Of a stretch of DNA of 64,000 nucleotides, positions 27,606-38,295 are shown piece after piece; position 1 is the stretch's first letter, and each line of letters begins with the position of its first letter. The translations under genes were made by a program, and so were the position numbers. Origin of the DNA: an uncultured bacterium (lineage in GTDB: Bacteria; Verrucomicrobiota; Verrucomicrobiia; Verrucomicrobiales; DEV007); the NCBI GenBank assembly GCA_963977015.1, contig CAXBMO010000004.1, positions 160,001 through 224,000 of the forward strand. Reading direction: 5' to 3'. The notes below the pieces were generated by a model that was given only the letters and a program-made list of their open reading frames with translations, searched no databases and was not told where the DNA came from.

Positions 27606-30600
27606 ATGAGCGAATCTGCCCAGCAGAATCGAGTTGCGGAAATCAAGGCCGAAATCGAGCAACGGATGGGCCTCTGCCCTTCGTTTTTCCTGCTCGCGGC
27701 GAATTCGCCCGAAACCATGCAACTCCTCTGGCGCCAGGCTCAGGACGCTTATCTGGACAATCCGCTGCCGTCACTCTTCAAGGAGAAGCTGTTCGCCTAC
27801 CTGTCGCGATTCTGCAGGATCTCCTACTGCATGGCGCGGCATTGCGGGTTTCTCCTTGGCAAGGGACGCGTCGCGGGCGACCCCGGCTGTGACCCGCTGG
27901 CGCCGGAGGAAGTGTTGCGCTTGCTTCAGGATCCCCTCGTCATGAATGATGAACTGGCCGCGCGGCTTCGCACGCTGGATTCGATCGACGCTCCGCTCGA
28001 GCCGTGGCCGCAGCCCGGTGATGAAGTTGAAACCAGCCTGATCGCCTGTTCGGTTCCGGTTTTTTTGCGCCAGGGCAATCACGAACAGTGTCTGGAGGCA
28101 TTGCGCCGCGTCCTCGGGCCGACGCGGTGCGACCACTTGTTGCTGCTATTCGCCTTCATCCAGACCGCGCACTTCTGGACGGAGACGCATCCGGAACTGG
28201 CCTACGAAGGTGACGTGCAGCGGTTGCTCGACGAACAACACGCCCTGAACGAGTGGATTCACTCCTACCCCTCGGCGGTGGGCGAGGAATTGCGGCAGGA
28301 GACGCTCGATGAATTGGCGCAACTCCGCACCGTTCACTCGGCGCTCCGAAAAAGCGAACAACGCCTCCTGGCAACCATCGAGTCAGCACCGGTCGCGATC
28401 GTGATGTCCGACCGCGCGGGCCGCATCGTGCTCGTCAACGCCCGGACTGAAAACCTTTTGGGTTACTCCCGCGACGAGTTGCTTGGCCAACCTGTCGAAC
28501 GGCTGGTGCCGACGCGGTTTCGGGCCCAGCTTGCCGCCTACCGCGCCGACTACTTCGAGAATCCCGGAGTCCGGGAATTGAGCGCCGACCAGGAATTGTT
28601 CGCCCTGCGCAAGGACGGCAGCGAATTTCCGGTTGATGTCGGTTTGAGCCCAATCGAGACCGAGGACGGCTTGTTTGTGCTGAGCACCTTGTTTGACCTC
28701 ACCGAGCGCAAACAAGCCGAAAAAGCGCTGCGTCAATTGAGCGAGAACCTGAGCCAGCAGGTGGAGGATCGCACCCATGATTTGCGCGATGCCCGCGACG
28801 ACGCCGAAGCCGCCAACCGGGCAAAAAGCGAGTTTCTCGCCAACATGAGCCACGAGATCCGCACGCCGATGAACGGGGTCATTGGAATGACGGAGTTGCT
28901 GCTGAAAACCTCGCTCTCTCCCGATCAGCGCCACTACCTGGACCTGGTGCGCCAGTCGGCCGAATCGCTGCTCGTGCTGATCGACGACATCCTGGATTTT
29001 TCCAAAATCGAAGCCGGCAAGCTGGAGTTGTTCCCGGCCGAGTTCAACCTGCACGACCTGCTCGGCGCGACCCTCCAGGGGCTGGGCCACCGGGCGGCTG
29101 AAAAAAGACTGGAACTGGCCTACAGGGTCGCGCCCGAAGTCCCGGTCTGCCTCGTCGGCGACGCCAGCCGACTCCGCCAGATCGTCGTCAACCTCGTCAG
29201 CAATGCGATCAAATTCACCAAACAAGGCGAAGTCGTGGCCGAGGTGGAACTGGAAGCGTCCGAGGTCAGCGGCGATGAATCTGAGTTCATCCTGCACTTT
29301 CGGGTGCGCGACACCGGCTGCGGCATCCCGGCTGAAAAACGGGAGGCGATCTTCGAGTCATTCACCCAGGTCGACGGCACGGCGCAACGCCGCTTTGGCG
29401 GAACCGGTCTGGGATTGACCATCAGCCGCCAGTTGGTCGAGATGATGGACGGACGCATTTGGGTGGAAAGTGAGGTCGACGCCGGAACCACCGTTCACTT
29501 CACGGCCCGATTCGGTGTCGGCGAGGGCTCCGGGCGCATCACCCCGGCTCCGCCGGAATCGCTCCACCAGTTGCGGGTGCTGGTGGTGGACGACAACGCC
29601 ACCAATCGCGAAATCCTGGAAGAGAGCCTGCGGATGTGGCGGATGAAGCCGCTCATTGCAAAAAGCGGGCCACAGGCGCTGGAAATTCTGGAACAGGAAA
29701 GCGCGACTCCAGAACCGGTCCAGCTGATCCTGCTGGACATGATGATGCCGAAAATGGATGGCGAATCCGTGGCCCGCGAAGTGCGCAAACGGTTCGGCGA
29801 CGGTGCTCCCAAGATGCTGATTCTCTCTTCCCTGGGCCAACTCCTTTCGACGCGGAAGATGACCAAGCTCGGAATCAGCCGGGTTCTGACCAAACCGGTG
29901 CGGGCATCCCAGTTGCTCGACGCGATCGCGCAGGCCTTCGGCGCCAGCGAAATGAATGCGGACAAGCCCCCGAGTATCACCGCAGCCGTTTCCGTGCGTC
30001 CGTTGCGAGTGCTTTTGGCCGAAGACAACCAGATCAACCGCATCGTCGCCCTGAAGTTGCTGGAGGAGCGCGGACATTCCGTCACGGCGGTCGAGAACGG
30101 TGCCGAAGCGCTCCAGGAATTGGAGCGCGAGCCGTTCGACGCGGTCGTCATGGACGTGCAGATGCCGGTGATGGACGGGATCGCTGCGGCGAAGGAAATC
30201 CGTCATCGGGAGAAGATCACCGGCCGTAAACCGACCCCCATCATCGCCCTCACCGCCGACGCGATGCAGGCGGACCGGGAACGCTGCCTGGCGGTCGGAA
30301 TGGATGGCTACGTCGCCAAACCCGTGCGATCGGCCGAACTCTATGCGGCCCTCGAACAGGGCGGGACCCGGACCGATCAGGCAGCTCAGAGTCTCGAAAT
30401 GAGAGATCAGGAAGGAATTTTCGACCCGGAGACGTTCCGCAAGGCCATGAAAGATCCCCACCTCATGCGCGACATGATCGACGCCTATCGCGAGGAATTG
30501 CCGCGTTGGATGGAGGCGGCCGAAACCGCCCTGGCAGATGGCGACGGCAAAGCCTTGCACCGGGTGGCCCACGCACTCAAAGGGATGGTCGGCAACTTTA

Positions 30601-30752
30601 CGATCGGCGAGCCCTATCAGCAAACCAACGAACTCTATATGCTGACCAATAGCGGGCAGCTTACCCAGGACATCGAGACCATGCTCAACAGTCTTCAAGA
30701 GCAACTGACCGGGTTGAAGGATGAACTGGAAGCCTTCAGCGCGACGCTGTGA
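27606..30752 (+). CDS. Hybrid sensor histidine kinase: AhpD-like N-terminal domain + PAS + HisKA + HATPase + 2 REC + Hpt
   Basis: [38 protein letters not shown], two receivers (LVVDDN/LLDMMMP and LAEDN/MDVQMP), Hpt AHALKG. Confidence 0.93.
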   Translation: MSESAQQNRVAEIKAEIEQRMGLCPSFFLLAANSPETMQLLWRQAQDAYLDNPLPSLFKEKLFAYLSRFCRISYCMARHCGFLLGKGRVAGDPGCDPLAPEEVLRLLQDPLVMNDELAARLRTLDSIDAPLEPWPQPGDEVETSLIACSVPVFLRQGNHEQCLEALRRVLGPTRCDHLLLLFAFIQTAHFWTETHPELAYEGDVQRLLDEQHALNEWIHSYPSAVGEELRQETLDELAQLRTVHSALRKSEQRLLATIESAPVAIVMSDRAGRIVLVNARTENLLGYSRDELLGQPVERLVPTRFRAQLAAYRADYFENPGVRELSADQELFALRKDGSEFPVDVGLSPIETEDGLFVLSTLFDLTERKQAEKALRQLSENLSQQVEDRTHDLRDARDDAEAANRAKSEFLANMSHEIRTPMNGVIGMTELLLKTSLSPDQRHYLDLVRQSAESLLVLIDDILDFSKIEAGKLELFPAEFNLHDLLGATLQGLGHRAAEKRLELAYRVAPEVPVCLVGDASRLRQIVVNLVSNAIKFTKQGEVVAEVELEASEVSGDESEFILHFRVRDTGCGIPAEKREAIFESFTQVDGTAQRRFGGTGLGLTISRQLVEMMDGRIWVESEVDAGTTVHFTARFGVGEGSGRITPAPPESLHQLRVLVVDDNATNREILEESLRMWRMKPLIAKSGPQALEILEQESATPEPVQLILLDMMMPKMDGESVAREVRKRFGDGAPKMLILSSLGQLLSTRKMTKLGISRVLTKPVRASQLLDAIAQAFGASEMNADKPPSITAAVSVRPLRVLLAEDNQINRIVALKLLEERGHSVTAVENGAEALQELEREPFDAVVMDVQMPVMDGIAAAKEIRHREKITGRKPTPIIALTADAMQADRERCLAVGMDGYVAKPVRSAELYAALEQGGTRTDQAAQSLEMRDQEGIFDPETFRKAMKDPHLMRDMIDAYREELPRWMEAAETALADGDGKALHRVAHALKGMVGNFTIGEPYQQTNELYMLTNSGQLTQDIETMLNSLQEQLTGLKDELEAFSATL

Positions 30753-30872
30753 TCCGGAAAACTTTTCGCGCCACTCCGGGAGAACCTTACTCAATCACCA
30801 GAAAGAAATTGCTGATCTGGCCGGTGTGAATATCTTTAAGGTCGTCCTCTCCACCCAATAACCCCTCACTCC

Positions 30873-32060
30873 ATGAAAATCCTGGTCGCCGATGACGATA
30901 TGGTGACGCTGAAACGAATTCGACGCTTGGTAGAGTCGTGGGGATATGAATGTATCTCCGCTCCCGACGGGCAGGTGGCAGCGGATCTCTACGAGGAAGA
31001 GCGCCCCCCGATCGTCGTGACCGATTGGCTCATGCCGGGGTTGGACGGTCTGGAATTGCTACGGCGGATTCGCAAACACGACCACTCCACCTACGTGATC
31101 ATGCTGACGATTCGCGGAGAGACCGAAGATCTGGTGGAGGCGATGGACGGCGGCGCCGACGATTTTTTGAGCAAACCTTTCGCCAATGAAGAATTGCTGG
31201 CGCGAATCCGCGCGGGAGCGCGACTCGTTGAGAACGAGCGAAACCTGGAACGCAAGAACCGGCAACTCGCTTGGGCGAACGTGACCATCGCCACTTCCCA
31301 CCGGCGCATCAAGGGAGAACTGGAAGCGGCGGCTCGCATTCAAGCGGCGTTCTTGCCCAGAAACCTCCCTGAACTCCCCAACCTGCGTTTCGGTTGGCGA
31401 TTCGAGCCCTGCCAGGAGCTGTCTGGCGATGCGTTCAACATCCTGCCATTCGACGACAGTCACGTGGGCGTCTTCGTGGCCGACGTCAGCGGTCACGGGG
31501 TGGCATCGTCGCTGCTTTCCGTGCAACTGAATCGCTTGTTGAGCCGATTCGACGAGCCGGATTCCTTGCTGCAACCCCGGGACGGGTTTTCCCAGCCACC
31601 CTCCGCAGTGGCGGAAAAGTTGAACAACCTGTTTCCGTTCGATCAAGACCTCGTCCAATACTTCACCTTTCTCTACGGAGTCTTCGATCTGGACCGGCAC
31701 GTGTTTCGTTACACCTCAGCGGGCCACTCCGGCCCCATCGTCGTCTCGCAGGAGGGAATCCACGTCGAACCGGCCATGCCACCGGCGGTCGGGTTCTTTC
31801 CGGGGGCCCACTTCACCGAAGCCGAGGTGGAACTTCATCCCGGCGACCGGCTGTTTCTTTACACCGACGGGATCTTCGAGGTCAGCAACGGCAAGGGTGA
31901 GGAATTGGGGGAAAATCGCCTCGCCACTCTCCTTGCGGAGAATCTCACGGAGTCGCTGGACGAAAGTCTGAGCCGGTTGATCGGCGAGGTTCACTCTTGG
32001 GCCGGATCGGAGCGGCTCGTGGATGACCTCTCCGTGGTGGGCGTGGAAATCGTGGGGTGA
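30873..32060 (+). CDS. Response regulator with a SpoIIE/PP2C phosphatase output (RsbU-like)
   Basis: REC KILVADDD, TDWLMPGLDG; PP2C LSGDAF, ADVSGHG, SAGH, LYTDGIFE, DDLSV. Confidence 0.92.
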   Translation: MKILVADDDMVTLKRIRRLVESWGYECISAPDGQVAADLYEEERPPIVVTDWLMPGLDGLELLRRIRKHDHSTYVIMLTIRGETEDLVEAMDGGADDFLSKPFANEELLARIRAGARLVENERNLERKNRQLAWANVTIATSHRRIKGELEAAARIQAAFLPRNLPELPNLRFGWRFEPCQELSGDAFNILPFDDSHVGVFVADVSGHGVASSLLSVQLNRLLSRFDEPDSLLQPRDGFSQPPSAVAEKLNNLFPFDQDLVQYFTFLYGVFDLDRHVFRYTSAGHSGPIVVSQEGIHVEPAMPPAVGFFPGAHFTEAEVELHPGDRLFLYTDGIFEVSNGKGEELGENRLATLLAENLTESLDESLSRLIGEVHSWAGSERLVDDLSVVGVEIVG

Positions 32061-32083
32061 GACGAGACTCGGATTTCGGTCGC

Positions 32084-32458
32084 CTACCTCATCTCACCGC
32101 TTCGGATCAACGCAATCACCTCATCCAAATCGATCGGCTTCATCATGAGCTCCACCTGTTGGTTCTCGCAGGCTCGCGCGAAGATGTGTTGATTGGCTTC
32201 GTCCAGTGCTTCAGAAAACCCGGTCATCAGAATCACCAGGATTTCAGGTTGTTCGCGCTGGATCTCCCGGCAAGCTTCCATCCCGTTCAGATGCGGCATC
32301 CGGATGTCCATGAGCAGGGCGTCGGGTTTCCAGTTCCTGCATTTCGCCACAGCTTCCCGGCCATCTGGGGCGGTCGCCACGTCGAAGTCGGCCAGTTGCA
32401 GATTGCGCGCCAGTCCCGCAACCACATCGGGTTCATCATCAACAATCAGAATCTTCAT
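32084..32458 (-). CDS. Single-domain response regulator
   Basis: KILIVDDE, LMDIRMP, LMTG, KP. Confidence 0.9.
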   Translation of the reverse strand: MKILIVDDEPDVVAGLARNLQLADFDVATAPDGREAVAKCRNWKPDALLMDIRMPHLNGMEACREIQREQPEILVILMTGFSEALDEANQHIFARACENQQVELMMKPIDLDEVIALIRSGEMR

Positions 32459-34788
32459 GCATCAAGGGGGGAATTTGAGTTGAGAACCAGGCGAAACGTC
32501 GCCCCCGTTCCAGGCGTGCTCTGCACGGAGAGTCCGCCTTGGTTGAGCTCAGCATACCGCCGCGACACCGCCAGCCCAAGCCCAATCCCCTTTGTTTTGG
32601 TCGTGAACAACGGATCGAAGACTTTTTCCAGGTTCTCTTCCGGGATTCCGCCCCCGGTATCGCGGACTTCGACGGACACTTTTTCGCTTTCGCGGCTCAC
32701 GCAAATTTCCAATGCGCCGCCGTCCGGCATGGCCTGAACCGCATTTTGAATCAGATTCGTCAAAATGCGCGTGATCTGCTCCGGGTTGCCGTGAACCTCG
32801 GCTTCACCCTCACCCTCCGGCCCCTCAAGGCGAATGCTTTCCGGGACGGGGACCAGATCCAGCGCCCGGTCGATCGTTTCGCCGATGGGAAAGAGCGAAA
32901 CTTCGCAGGCAGGCTCCCGCACAAAGTCGAGCATCTCGCCAATGATGTGATCGGAACTGCCGATGGCCCGTTGCATTTCGTCGAGCACCTCGCGCATGAT
33001 CGGATCCCCCGGGGCCGCGGTCTTTTCCAGGTAATAAACGGCGTTGCGCAGCACCGTGAGCGGAGTGCGCAACTCGTGGGCGACGCCACCGGCCAGTTGG
33101 CCAAGGGTCGCGAGACGCTCGTTGCGCACCAGTTCATCCTGGGCCTCCCGCAGGCTTCGCAGCGATTCTTCCAGCTTCAATTCGGCCTGTTTGCGGGCGT
33201 CGATGTCGCGCATGACCGCAATGAAATATTCCGGCTCCCCATCCGGCCGGCGCATCAGCGAAACCGTGATCCTGATCCAGACGGCCGAGCCGTCCTTGCG
33301 AATATAGCGCTTGTCACTCGAATAATTCGGGATCTCACCGGAGAGAACGCGCCGCGATTGCTCCCAGTCGGCTTCCCGATGATCGGGATGGGTGATGTCG
33401 CTAAACATTTTGGTGATCAACTCCTCCCGACTGTAGCCGACAATCTCGCAGAACCGCTCATTTACTTGCAGCCAGTGGCCGTCCGGGGCGACGTGGGCCA
33501 TGCCGACCGCCGCGTTCTCGAAGGTGCCCCGGAACTGCGCCAAGGACTCGCGAAGTCCCTGCTCGGCGTGCTTGCGCGCGGTGATGTCCTGCACGATGCC
33601 TGCCACCGCGAGAATTTTCCCGCTTTCATCACAGATCCGCGAAGCCGTGATGTGGACCCAGACGAAGTTGCCGTCTTTGCGCAGGTAGCGCTTTTCCTGG
33701 ATGTAAACGGGGTCCTTTCCCTCGAAGAAGCGCTGCACCTTGCGCTTGTCGGCCTCGATGTCATCCGGATGATCCAGATCGGACGGCACCATACCCAGCA
33801 ACTCCTCGCGGCTGTAACCGGTGATCTCGCAATACCGGTCGTTGACCCGCGACAGGCGCCCCTGCGAATCGAGATACACCGCTCCCACGGCAGAGTCTTC
33901 AAAAAAGGCGCGAAAATGCTCGTCGCTGACGCGTTCGGCGGCTTGCAACGTGGCGGTGACGTCGTTGTGCACTCCCAGCATGCGTCGCGGCTTCCCTTCG
34001 GCATCGCGGATCGCGATTCCATAGCAGCGCACCCATACGGTGGAGTCGTCCTCGTGGCGGTAACGAACAAGCTGGTCGTAGGGATGCTCCGGGTCGGCGC
34101 AGTGCTTCTTGAAATTCTCCAGCGCAACCTCCAGATCTTCGGGAAAGATCATGTGCTGCCACTCGGAGGCGAAGTGCTTCTTTTCCTCCGGCTCATAGCC
34201 GAACGTGCGCCAGAAATTCGGGCTCATCCATTCGTGCTCGGGGTTGTCGAGATCCCAATACCAGATGCCGTCCAGCGATCCGGCCTCGAGAAATTCGATC
34301 ACCGACGGGTTTGAGCGCAGTTCCTCGTAGAATTCCCGTTTCAGATAGTGGTCCTGACTGGCGACGCGAAACCGGTCGTCGCTCAAGCGCCGGGCGTCTT
34401 CGACTTCCCGGCGCGGGCTGACGTCCATGATCGAGATCAAGGTCCGCTTCTCGCCGCCCCATTCCAGCGGGGTCAACCTGGTTTCCACGGGAATCTCGCG
34501 ACCGTCCTTGCGCCGGGCAGCAAGTTCGCGCCCCGCCTCCATGGGTTGCGCTTCAGGGGAGAGAACCGAGTCGGCCTGGCGAAAGAGTTCGGGCACGAGC
34601 CGTTCAACCGGCGTGGCGAGGACTTCCTCCCGGCGGTAGCCAAAGAGCCGTTCCGCCTCTGAGTTGAACAGTTCAATCTCACCGCCCGCCCCAAGCACCA
34701 CCATGGCAACCGGGACCGCTTCGACAATAGCTTCGAGGTCGCGCTCGCTCCCGGCGAGCACTTTACTTTCGCTGCCAAAGTCTTCCAT
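32455..34788 (-). CDS. Cytoplasmic multi-PAS sensor histidine kinase
   Basis: Four PAS/PAC segments; LAGGVAHELRTPL, NLIQNAVQAM, DTGGGI, FTTK, GIGLGL. Confidence 0.93.
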   Translation of the reverse strand: MEDFGSESKVLAGSERDLEAIVEAVPVAMVVLGAGGEIELFNSEAERLFGYRREEVLATPVERLVPELFRQADSVLSPEAQPMEAGRELAARRKDGREIPVETRLTPLEWGGEKRTLISIMDVSPRREVEDARRLSDDRFRVASQDHYLKREFYEELRSNPSVIEFLEAGSLDGIWYWDLDNPEHEWMSPNFWRTFGYEPEEKKHFASEWQHMIFPEDLEVALENFKKHCADPEHPYDQLVRYRHEDDSTVWVRCYGIAIRDAEGKPRRMLGVHNDVTATLQAAERVSDEHFRAFFEDSAVGAVYLDSQGRLSRVNDRYCEITGYSREELLGMVPSDLDHPDDIEADKRKVQRFFEGKDPVYIQEKRYLRKDGNFVWVHITASRICDESGKILAVAGIVQDITARKHAEQGLRESLAQFRGTFENAAVGMAHVAPDGHWLQVNERFCEIVGYSREELITKMFSDITHPDHREADWEQSRRVLSGEIPNYSSDKRYIRKDGSAVWIRITVSLMRRPDGEPEYFIAVMRDIDARKQAELKLEESLRSLREAQDELVRNERLATLGQLAGGVAHELRTPLTVLRNAVYYLEKTAAPGDPIMREVLDEMQRAIGSSDHIIGEMLDFVREPACEVSLFPIGETIDRALDLVPVPESIRLEGPEGEGEAEVHGNPEQITRILTNLIQNAVQAMPDGGALEICVSRESEKVSVEVRDTGGGIPEENLEKVFDPLFTTKTKGIGLGLAVSRRYAELNQGGLSVQSTPGTGATFRLVLNSNSPLDA

Positions 34789-35120
34789 AGTAAATTCACC
34801 TACACGGATTTGGCGTTTTTCTCAACGCCCTTCATCGAATCGCCTGAAATCCGACCCAGCCCGATTCTTACAAGACCGGGGAGCAATTCGCATTGAGAAC
34901 CAGACGAAACGTCGTTCCCGTTCCAAGCGTGCCCTTACGAGAAAAACCGTCTTGGTGAAGACTGCATACCGCACTAGCGAACAACGATTTGTGGAACCAA
35001 ACTTCCGCATGGTGTATAATTGAGGCCGGAAATCGGACGCACTCCCGCGACCTTTCCCTTCACAAAACCCCAACTCGTTTGCCGCCGGGGCGCGAGTTTG
35101 CTTCCCGAGCGGCTGCCACC

Positions 35121-35372
35121 ATGAAGCCGACCTGCCAAAGTGATGCACTCCGGCAACTGGGCGAGCAAATCCGAAGCCGCCTGAAGCCGGGGATGACCTT
35201 TACGATAAGGCATCCGGTGGAGATCCAACTGCTGGCTCCGTTGAGTGCGGCGCGATTGCGCGAGTTCGCCGACTACCACGGACTCCACGCCGTACGCAAC
35301 TCCGATGGCCGGCAGATCCATTTTACTCCCAAGGCATGGCCGGTTTTTCTCGAACTCGGCCAGGCCGCCTGA
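35121..35372 (+). CDS. Small hypothetical protein (83 aa)
   Basis: ATG 35121 gives MKPTCQSDALRQLGEQIRSRLKPG...ELGQAA; a TATAAT element lies about 100 nt upstream. Confidence 0.55.
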   Translation: MKPTCQSDALRQLGEQIRSRLKPGMTFTIRHPVEIQLLAPLSAARLREFADYHGLHAVRNSDGRQIHFTPKAWPVFLELGQAA

Positions 35373-35374
35373 CA

Positions 35375-35503
35375 ATGAACCGAAAACGAACCCGAACCAT
35401 GGAAGGTATCCTCTACCTCTTGTTCATCTCCCCAGCGATCATCTATTTCGCATGGATGCTGTGTTGGTGGGCCTGGTCACAAACGGCAAACCGATACAGG
35501 TAA
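35375..35503 (+). CDS. Small single-pass membrane protein (42 aa; below the ORF-track cutoff)
   Basis: MNRKRTRTMEGILYLLFISPAIIYFAWMLCWWAWSQTANRYR*, starting 2 nt after the upstream stop. Confidence 0.5.
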   Translation: MNRKRTRTMEGILYLLFISPAIIYFAWMLCWWAWSQTANRYR

Positions 35504-35760
35504 CCAGGCCAGGGACCGGGCACCGGTCTTGAGGCGAAATTTTGCCGCTGCAATCAACCAGATTGCGACACCGCAAGATGGCTGGTCGGGGCGGCTTACG
35601 TCTCGCGCAACGCCGGGCCGGGAGCCGCTGAGTCACCCCTGCCCGTCAAAAAACGTTGACGAGCGGGCTGGCCTTCCTAGGCTCCGCTCACGCCAATTGG
35701 GCGCGGACTTCAGCCGGGACGGATGTCCTTGAGCGAATCAATCCCAACTCTACTTTTTTC

Positions 35761-37254
35761 ATGCAAAATCCCTTCCTTTCACGCTTCGCCGCGGCGCTCT
35801 GCCTCCTCCTGCCTTCGTTTGCCGGCGCTCAAGCCATCCACATTCCCGCCACGGCTCAGGAATCCCCCACCCTTCCCGTTCCTGGCAACCTCCGCATTCC
35901 CTTCAACTGGCCTTCCATCGCGATCGCCCCAGCTGACGCCGGCTCTCCAACGCTCGTCAAGTGGTCTGCCCAGGAGCTTCCTCCCGGCGAGACCATCCGT
36001 CTCCGGCTCGTCACGGCCCTCGATTCCCGCGAACCGCTGCTCCTGGAGATCCGCATTCCGTCGGATTCCGAGCCGCTTGAGAATATCAATTTCAACTTCG
36101 CCCCTGTCTTCCAGTTCGGTGAAATTTCGTTGACCCGCGCCCAGGCGACCCGCGTTTTGGCCGAGGGGATCGTCATCACCCGGACTGTCGGCAAAGCGCC
36201 CTTCCACATCTTTGGTCCGGCTCCTGACGGAAAGGCCACTCCCGCCCTGATCCAGCCTCACCTCATGGTCGCGGGCGAAACCGATCCCTGGGCCGAATAC
36301 CTGACCCGCCTCGAAGGGCTCGACACGATTCAGCCCTTCGGCTGGATGGAAGGCTCCCTGCTCGATGGCGTTTGGGATCTCAGCAAGATTTCCCCAAATC
36401 GCAAGTTTGCCCAAGGTTACTCCGACCGGATCGATCTCTATCTCCGTGGCGACGAGCTGATCTACGAGGACCCGAAAAGCCGACCTGCTGACGGCCGGGT
36501 TTGCGGCATTGAAGACTCGCTTCCCTTCGCCGCGATTGCGCGCACCCGCCCCGAGCACCCGAGCATCCAGATCGCGGTCGATTTTTGGAAGAAACACCGC
36601 CGTTCATCCGGTTTTGCCGAAGGTTGCATCCAGGATGGAGGAATGTGCAGCGCGGAAGGTGCCTACACCGTTGGTTACCCGCTCATGTACATCGCCGCAT
36701 TGCGCAATGACCCGCAACTCACCGCGCTCGCTCTCGATCAATTTCGCCTGCGCAAGAAGTTGCTCGTCGATGACGATGGGGGGATCTGGCTCCGAAACTC
36801 CAACGGCAGACGAACCATGAAAAACTGGGCTCGCGGCGTGACCTGGTATTATCTCGGCCTCATCCGCGGCATAGTCGAAGCGCCCGAAGGCACCGACACC
36901 ACCGATCTCCGCGCCGAAGCGGTTCGGGTCATGGAATTTGTGCTCCTTCACCAGCAGGAAAACGGCCTCTGGCGCAACCTCTTCGACATCCCCACGCAGA
37001 CCGTCGACACTTCCGGCTCCTCCGGCATCGCCGCCGCCCTCGCCATTGGAGCGAACGAAGGCATTCTCCCGGAAAAGGCGCGCGCCGCTGCGCAGAAAAC
37101 GAAAGATGGCCTCACCGCCTACCTCACCGCGGATGGTCTCCTCTCTCACGGCACTCCCAGCAACCGCTCGCCCGAAGCACAAAGCAATCGCCGGGTGATC
37201 TTTCCGGTTGGAATGGGCCTCGCCGCCCAACTTCTCGCCGCGCTGGAGGAGTAA
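35761..37254 (+). CDS. Secreted GH88/GH105 unsaturated glycuronidase family protein
   Basis: Signal peptide; WARGVTWY, QQENGLW, DTSGSSGIAAAL, LTADG. Confidence 0.8.
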   Translation: MQNPFLSRFAAALCLLLPSFAGAQAIHIPATAQESPTLPVPGNLRIPFNWPSIAIAPADAGSPTLVKWSAQELPPGETIRLRLVTALDSREPLLLEIRIPSDSEPLENINFNFAPVFQFGEISLTRAQATRVLAEGIVITRTVGKAPFHIFGPAPDGKATPALIQPHLMVAGETDPWAEYLTRLEGLDTIQPFGWMEGSLLDGVWDLSKISPNRKFAQGYSDRIDLYLRGDELIYEDPKSRPADGRVCGIEDSLPFAAIARTRPEHPSIQIAVDFWKKHRRSSGFAEGCIQDGGMCSAEGAYTVGYPLMYIAALRNDPQLTALALDQFRLRKKLLVDDDGGIWLRNSNGRRTMKNWARGVTWYYLGLIRGIVEAPEGTDTTDLRAEAVRVMEFVLLHQQENGLWRNLFDIPTQTVDTSGSSGIAAALAIGANEGILPEKARAAAQKTKDGLTAYLTADGLLSHGTPSNRSPEAQSNRRVIFPVGMGLAAQLLAALEE

Positions 37255-37340
37255 ATCGGCACAAGTCAAATCGGAGCGATTTGGAGACGAAACAAGGCCT
37301 TGGCGCCGATGGATTGGTGTAACCACACACCATAGCATCC

Positions 37341-38294
37341 ATGAAAAACTCGCCATTTCGTCCGTTTGCCAGCCTCGCCATCCTGATTCCTCTGTTCGCC
37401 ATCGGCAACCCCTTGCCCGAGGGTGATACCGGAATTGCGGCGCGGTATCCAGGCGATGCCAGAATCTCAAACGATCCCGAGGTGATCTTCGCCGACGATT
37501 TCGAGGGCCACGCCACCAAGGCGGACCTCAGCTCGATCTGGACCTCGGTTTTCAATCAGACCTCGCTCACCAAGGAAAAAGAAAACGTCTTTCGCGGCGA
37601 ACAAGCCATCGAATTCGCCGTCCCGGCGGACCGGATCATGGCGAGCGGTGCGGCCCGCTACCTTCTGCGGGAAGAGCAAAAACAGGATGTGGTGTTTCTG
37701 CGTTACTATTCCAAATTCGCCAGAACTTACGACGTGCTGGGCGGGGCTCACAACGGGGGCGCGATTTCCGCGAACATGTATGACAACCGCGGCCGGTCGT
37801 CTGCCGGAACCAGGGCGAACGGGAAGAACCACTTCGTCGCGGCGCTCGATCATGGACGCTGGCCGGGTTTCGGCGTGGAGAACCCGGGATTTCTCGGGAT
37901 ATACATCTACCATCTGGGTCAGCGCCACCAGTGGGGTGACGGCTTTTTCCCCACTGGCATGGTCATCCCGAATTCCAGCCTCAAGGCCGATTTCGGGCCG
38001 GATTTTGTCGCCCGCCCCAACATCGTGACCGAACTCGGCACCTGGCATTGCCACGAGCTGATGCTCCGGGCCAACACCCCGGGGAAAAAGGACGGACGCG
38101 CTGCGGCCTGGGTCGACGGCACCCTGGCGATGGACTTCCCCAACCTGCACTGCCGCGACATCGAATCGCTCAAAATCGATCACCTCCAGATCGGCCTCAA
38201 CATCAACACCAAGAAACATCCCGCGACGAAGAAGTGGTACGACAATGTCGTCGCGGCGACATCCTATATTGGCCCGGTGAAAGCCGCAGATTAG
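37341..38294 (+). CDS. Secreted polysaccharide-lyase-like (jelly-roll) protein
   Basis: Signal peptide; VIFADDFE, VFLRYYSKF, WHCHELMLRANTPGKKDG, AWVDG, WYDNVVAATSYIGP. Confidence 0.7.
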   Translation: MKNSPFRPFASLAILIPLFAIGNPLPEGDTGIAARYPGDARISNDPEVIFADDFEGHATKADLSSIWTSVFNQTSLTKEKENVFRGEQAIEFAVPADRIMASGAARYLLREEQKQDVVFLRYYSKFARTYDVLGGAHNGGAISANMYDNRGRSSAGTRANGKNHFVAALDHGRWPGFGVENPGFLGIYIYHLGQRHQWGDGFFPTGMVIPNSSLKADFGPDFVARPNIVTELGTWHCHELMLRANTPGKKDGRAAAWVDGTLAMDFPNLHCRDIESLKIDHLQIGLNINTKKHPATKKWYDNVVAATSYIGPVKAAD

Positions 38295-38295
38295 G

